From the NCBI RefSeq assembly GCF_009914755.1, contig NC_060927.1: a stretch of 64,000 bases of DNA; one strand, written 5' to 3'. This DNA is from the human T2T-CHM13v2.0 reference genome, Homo sapiens. Of the stretch, positions 56,989-64,000 are shown in pieces. The notes under the pieces are model-generated. The model saw nothing but the letters and a program-made list of their open reading frames with translations. It was not told the DNA's origin and ran no database searches. Made by a program: the position numbers and the translations under genes. Position 1 is the stretch's first letter. Each line of letters opens with the position of its first letter.

Positions 56989-58630
56989 GCTCCAAGAGGA
57001 GAAGGAAAAAAATATATAAATACACTTAGTATATACATAGTACATTTATTATATTTTTACTGTCTCTTTTTTCCCATACTTGATTTTTAAAAGTTTCTTC
57101 TATTAGATATTTTTCTGTTTAGAAAACTCCATAAAGCAATTTTTTATTGGTCTTTTAAAGAAAAAATTTTTAGTTTTCCTTTACCTGATAATGTCATAAT
57201 TTCTTCATACCTGAGGGATAATTTTGCTTAATATAGAATTCTAGGTTGGTAGTTTTTCTTTGTTTTTCATTTTATACACCTGAATAGCATTCTACTTCCT
57301 CCTGGTCTCTGTGGTTTCTGATGAGAAATCTACTGTCATTGGAAATTTTCTCCCATAGTTAAGGTGTTGTTTTTTCTCTTGCTGCTTTAAAGATTTTTTT
57401 TTCTTTTCTTCCTTGTTTTTATCTCAGATAATTGGCTGTGATTTGTCTGACTGTTTATTTCTCTGGGTTTATTCCGTTTAGTTTTGCTCAGCTTCTTGCA
57501 TTTTTTAGCCATTGTTTATTCAACTGCTTTTTCAGTCTCATCCTCTTTTCCTTTCATTCCGTTATCCTGATAATATGATTGATAGATCTATTGGTTTTGT
57601 CCCATAGGTTTCTGAAGCTCTGGTATTTTTTTACTTATATTATTTGTTTTTTCAGATTGGTGAATAAATATTATTACATCCTCTAGGCCACTGGCTCTTA
57701 TGTCTGTCCTTGTTATTCTGGTGTTTAGCTTATCCACAGAATTTTAAATTTTCTTCATTATATTTTAAGTAGTAAAATTTGTAATTGGTTCTTTTTACTT
57801 ACTTTTTCTTTGCTTATACTTTATATTTTTATTTGTTTCATATGTGTCTGTACTTGTTGAAACCTTTTCATGATTACTTCTTTTAAATATTTGTTAGCAA
57901 ATTCTAATATCTATGTCATCTTGCTGCTAGTAACTATTGCCTTTTTTCATTCAAATTGAGGTTTTTCTATTTCCTATTATAATAAGTGATTTTTAAATTA
58001 AAACCTGGACATTCCAGGCATTGTTATGAGGTTTCAGTTTTTATTTAAACCCCTTTTTTAGGTGGTTGTATTTGACATTGGTCTGGCAGGGGAAGGTCAG
58101 ATGTTGTGTTATTAATGATAGGTGGGAATTGAAGTTCAGGTGCTCCATTTAAACTCACTGACATCTTAGATAGGGAGAGACACCTTGTAGCTGCTGGGTG
58201 GGGTGGGATTTTTGGCTCTCCACTATGCCTCCTCTTTTACCCCTCTTACAAGGAAGAATAAGAGTACCTCCTTACTGCTCCTCAAATGGATTCTACTAAC
58301 CCAATTCTCATTCAGAAATTGAAATATTTTATCCATATAGATGTAGAAAATATTATTTCTGTTGTTCAGGAGCATGAAAATAGACTTCCATACCTCTGCC
58401 AGAAATCATGGCTTTTGCTCCTGTGGAACAGAAAGGGAATGAGTTTAGTTAATTATGATTAAAATATTTTAAAGTCTCTAAAGGAGGTATATACAGATCT
58501 GAATTGTCTAAAAATTTTTGTACCTAAGAGTAATCATTTTTGGTCATTTATTTGTACTAATAACATTGTTGATCATGTACAGTTTAGCTTTACTTCATGG
58601 GGACACAATTAGTGCCTCAGATGGTATGAA

Positions 58631-64000
<5,370 letters not shown>

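Overview
This is primate genomic DNA, most likely from a great ape or human, not microbial. The window lies inside the + strand gene STXBP5L (tomosyn-2). Two short coding exons missed by the ORF track are visible at 9566-9647 and 13301-13401, with consistent splice phases, and they encode WD40-region peptide. Almost everything else is intronic transposable-element sequence: many LINE-1s of very different ages, about 10 Alus, an MLT1 LTR, Tigger and MER45 DNA transposons, and a decayed class I (HERV-E/ERV3/HERV1/HERV15-like) provirus at 37921-47446 on the minus strand. The 5' LTR of that provirus is interrupted by a solo LTR12C. Nearly all ORFs in the track are L1, ERV or Alu fragments or their antisense shadows. 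I see no evidence for a wholly new biological system. The best second-look items are: an LTR12C inserted co-directionally just upstream of the PBS of an older provirus; three very young (L1HS/pre-Ta-like) L1 insertions in one window; several locally templated inverted insertions (template-switch scars), including a complex one at 24.76-25.54 kb; deep TE nesting; and shared non-consensus changes between two inverted L1s. Subfamily names are from recalled consensus sequences and need RepeatMasker/Dfam confirmation. Boundaries of old repeats are approximate.
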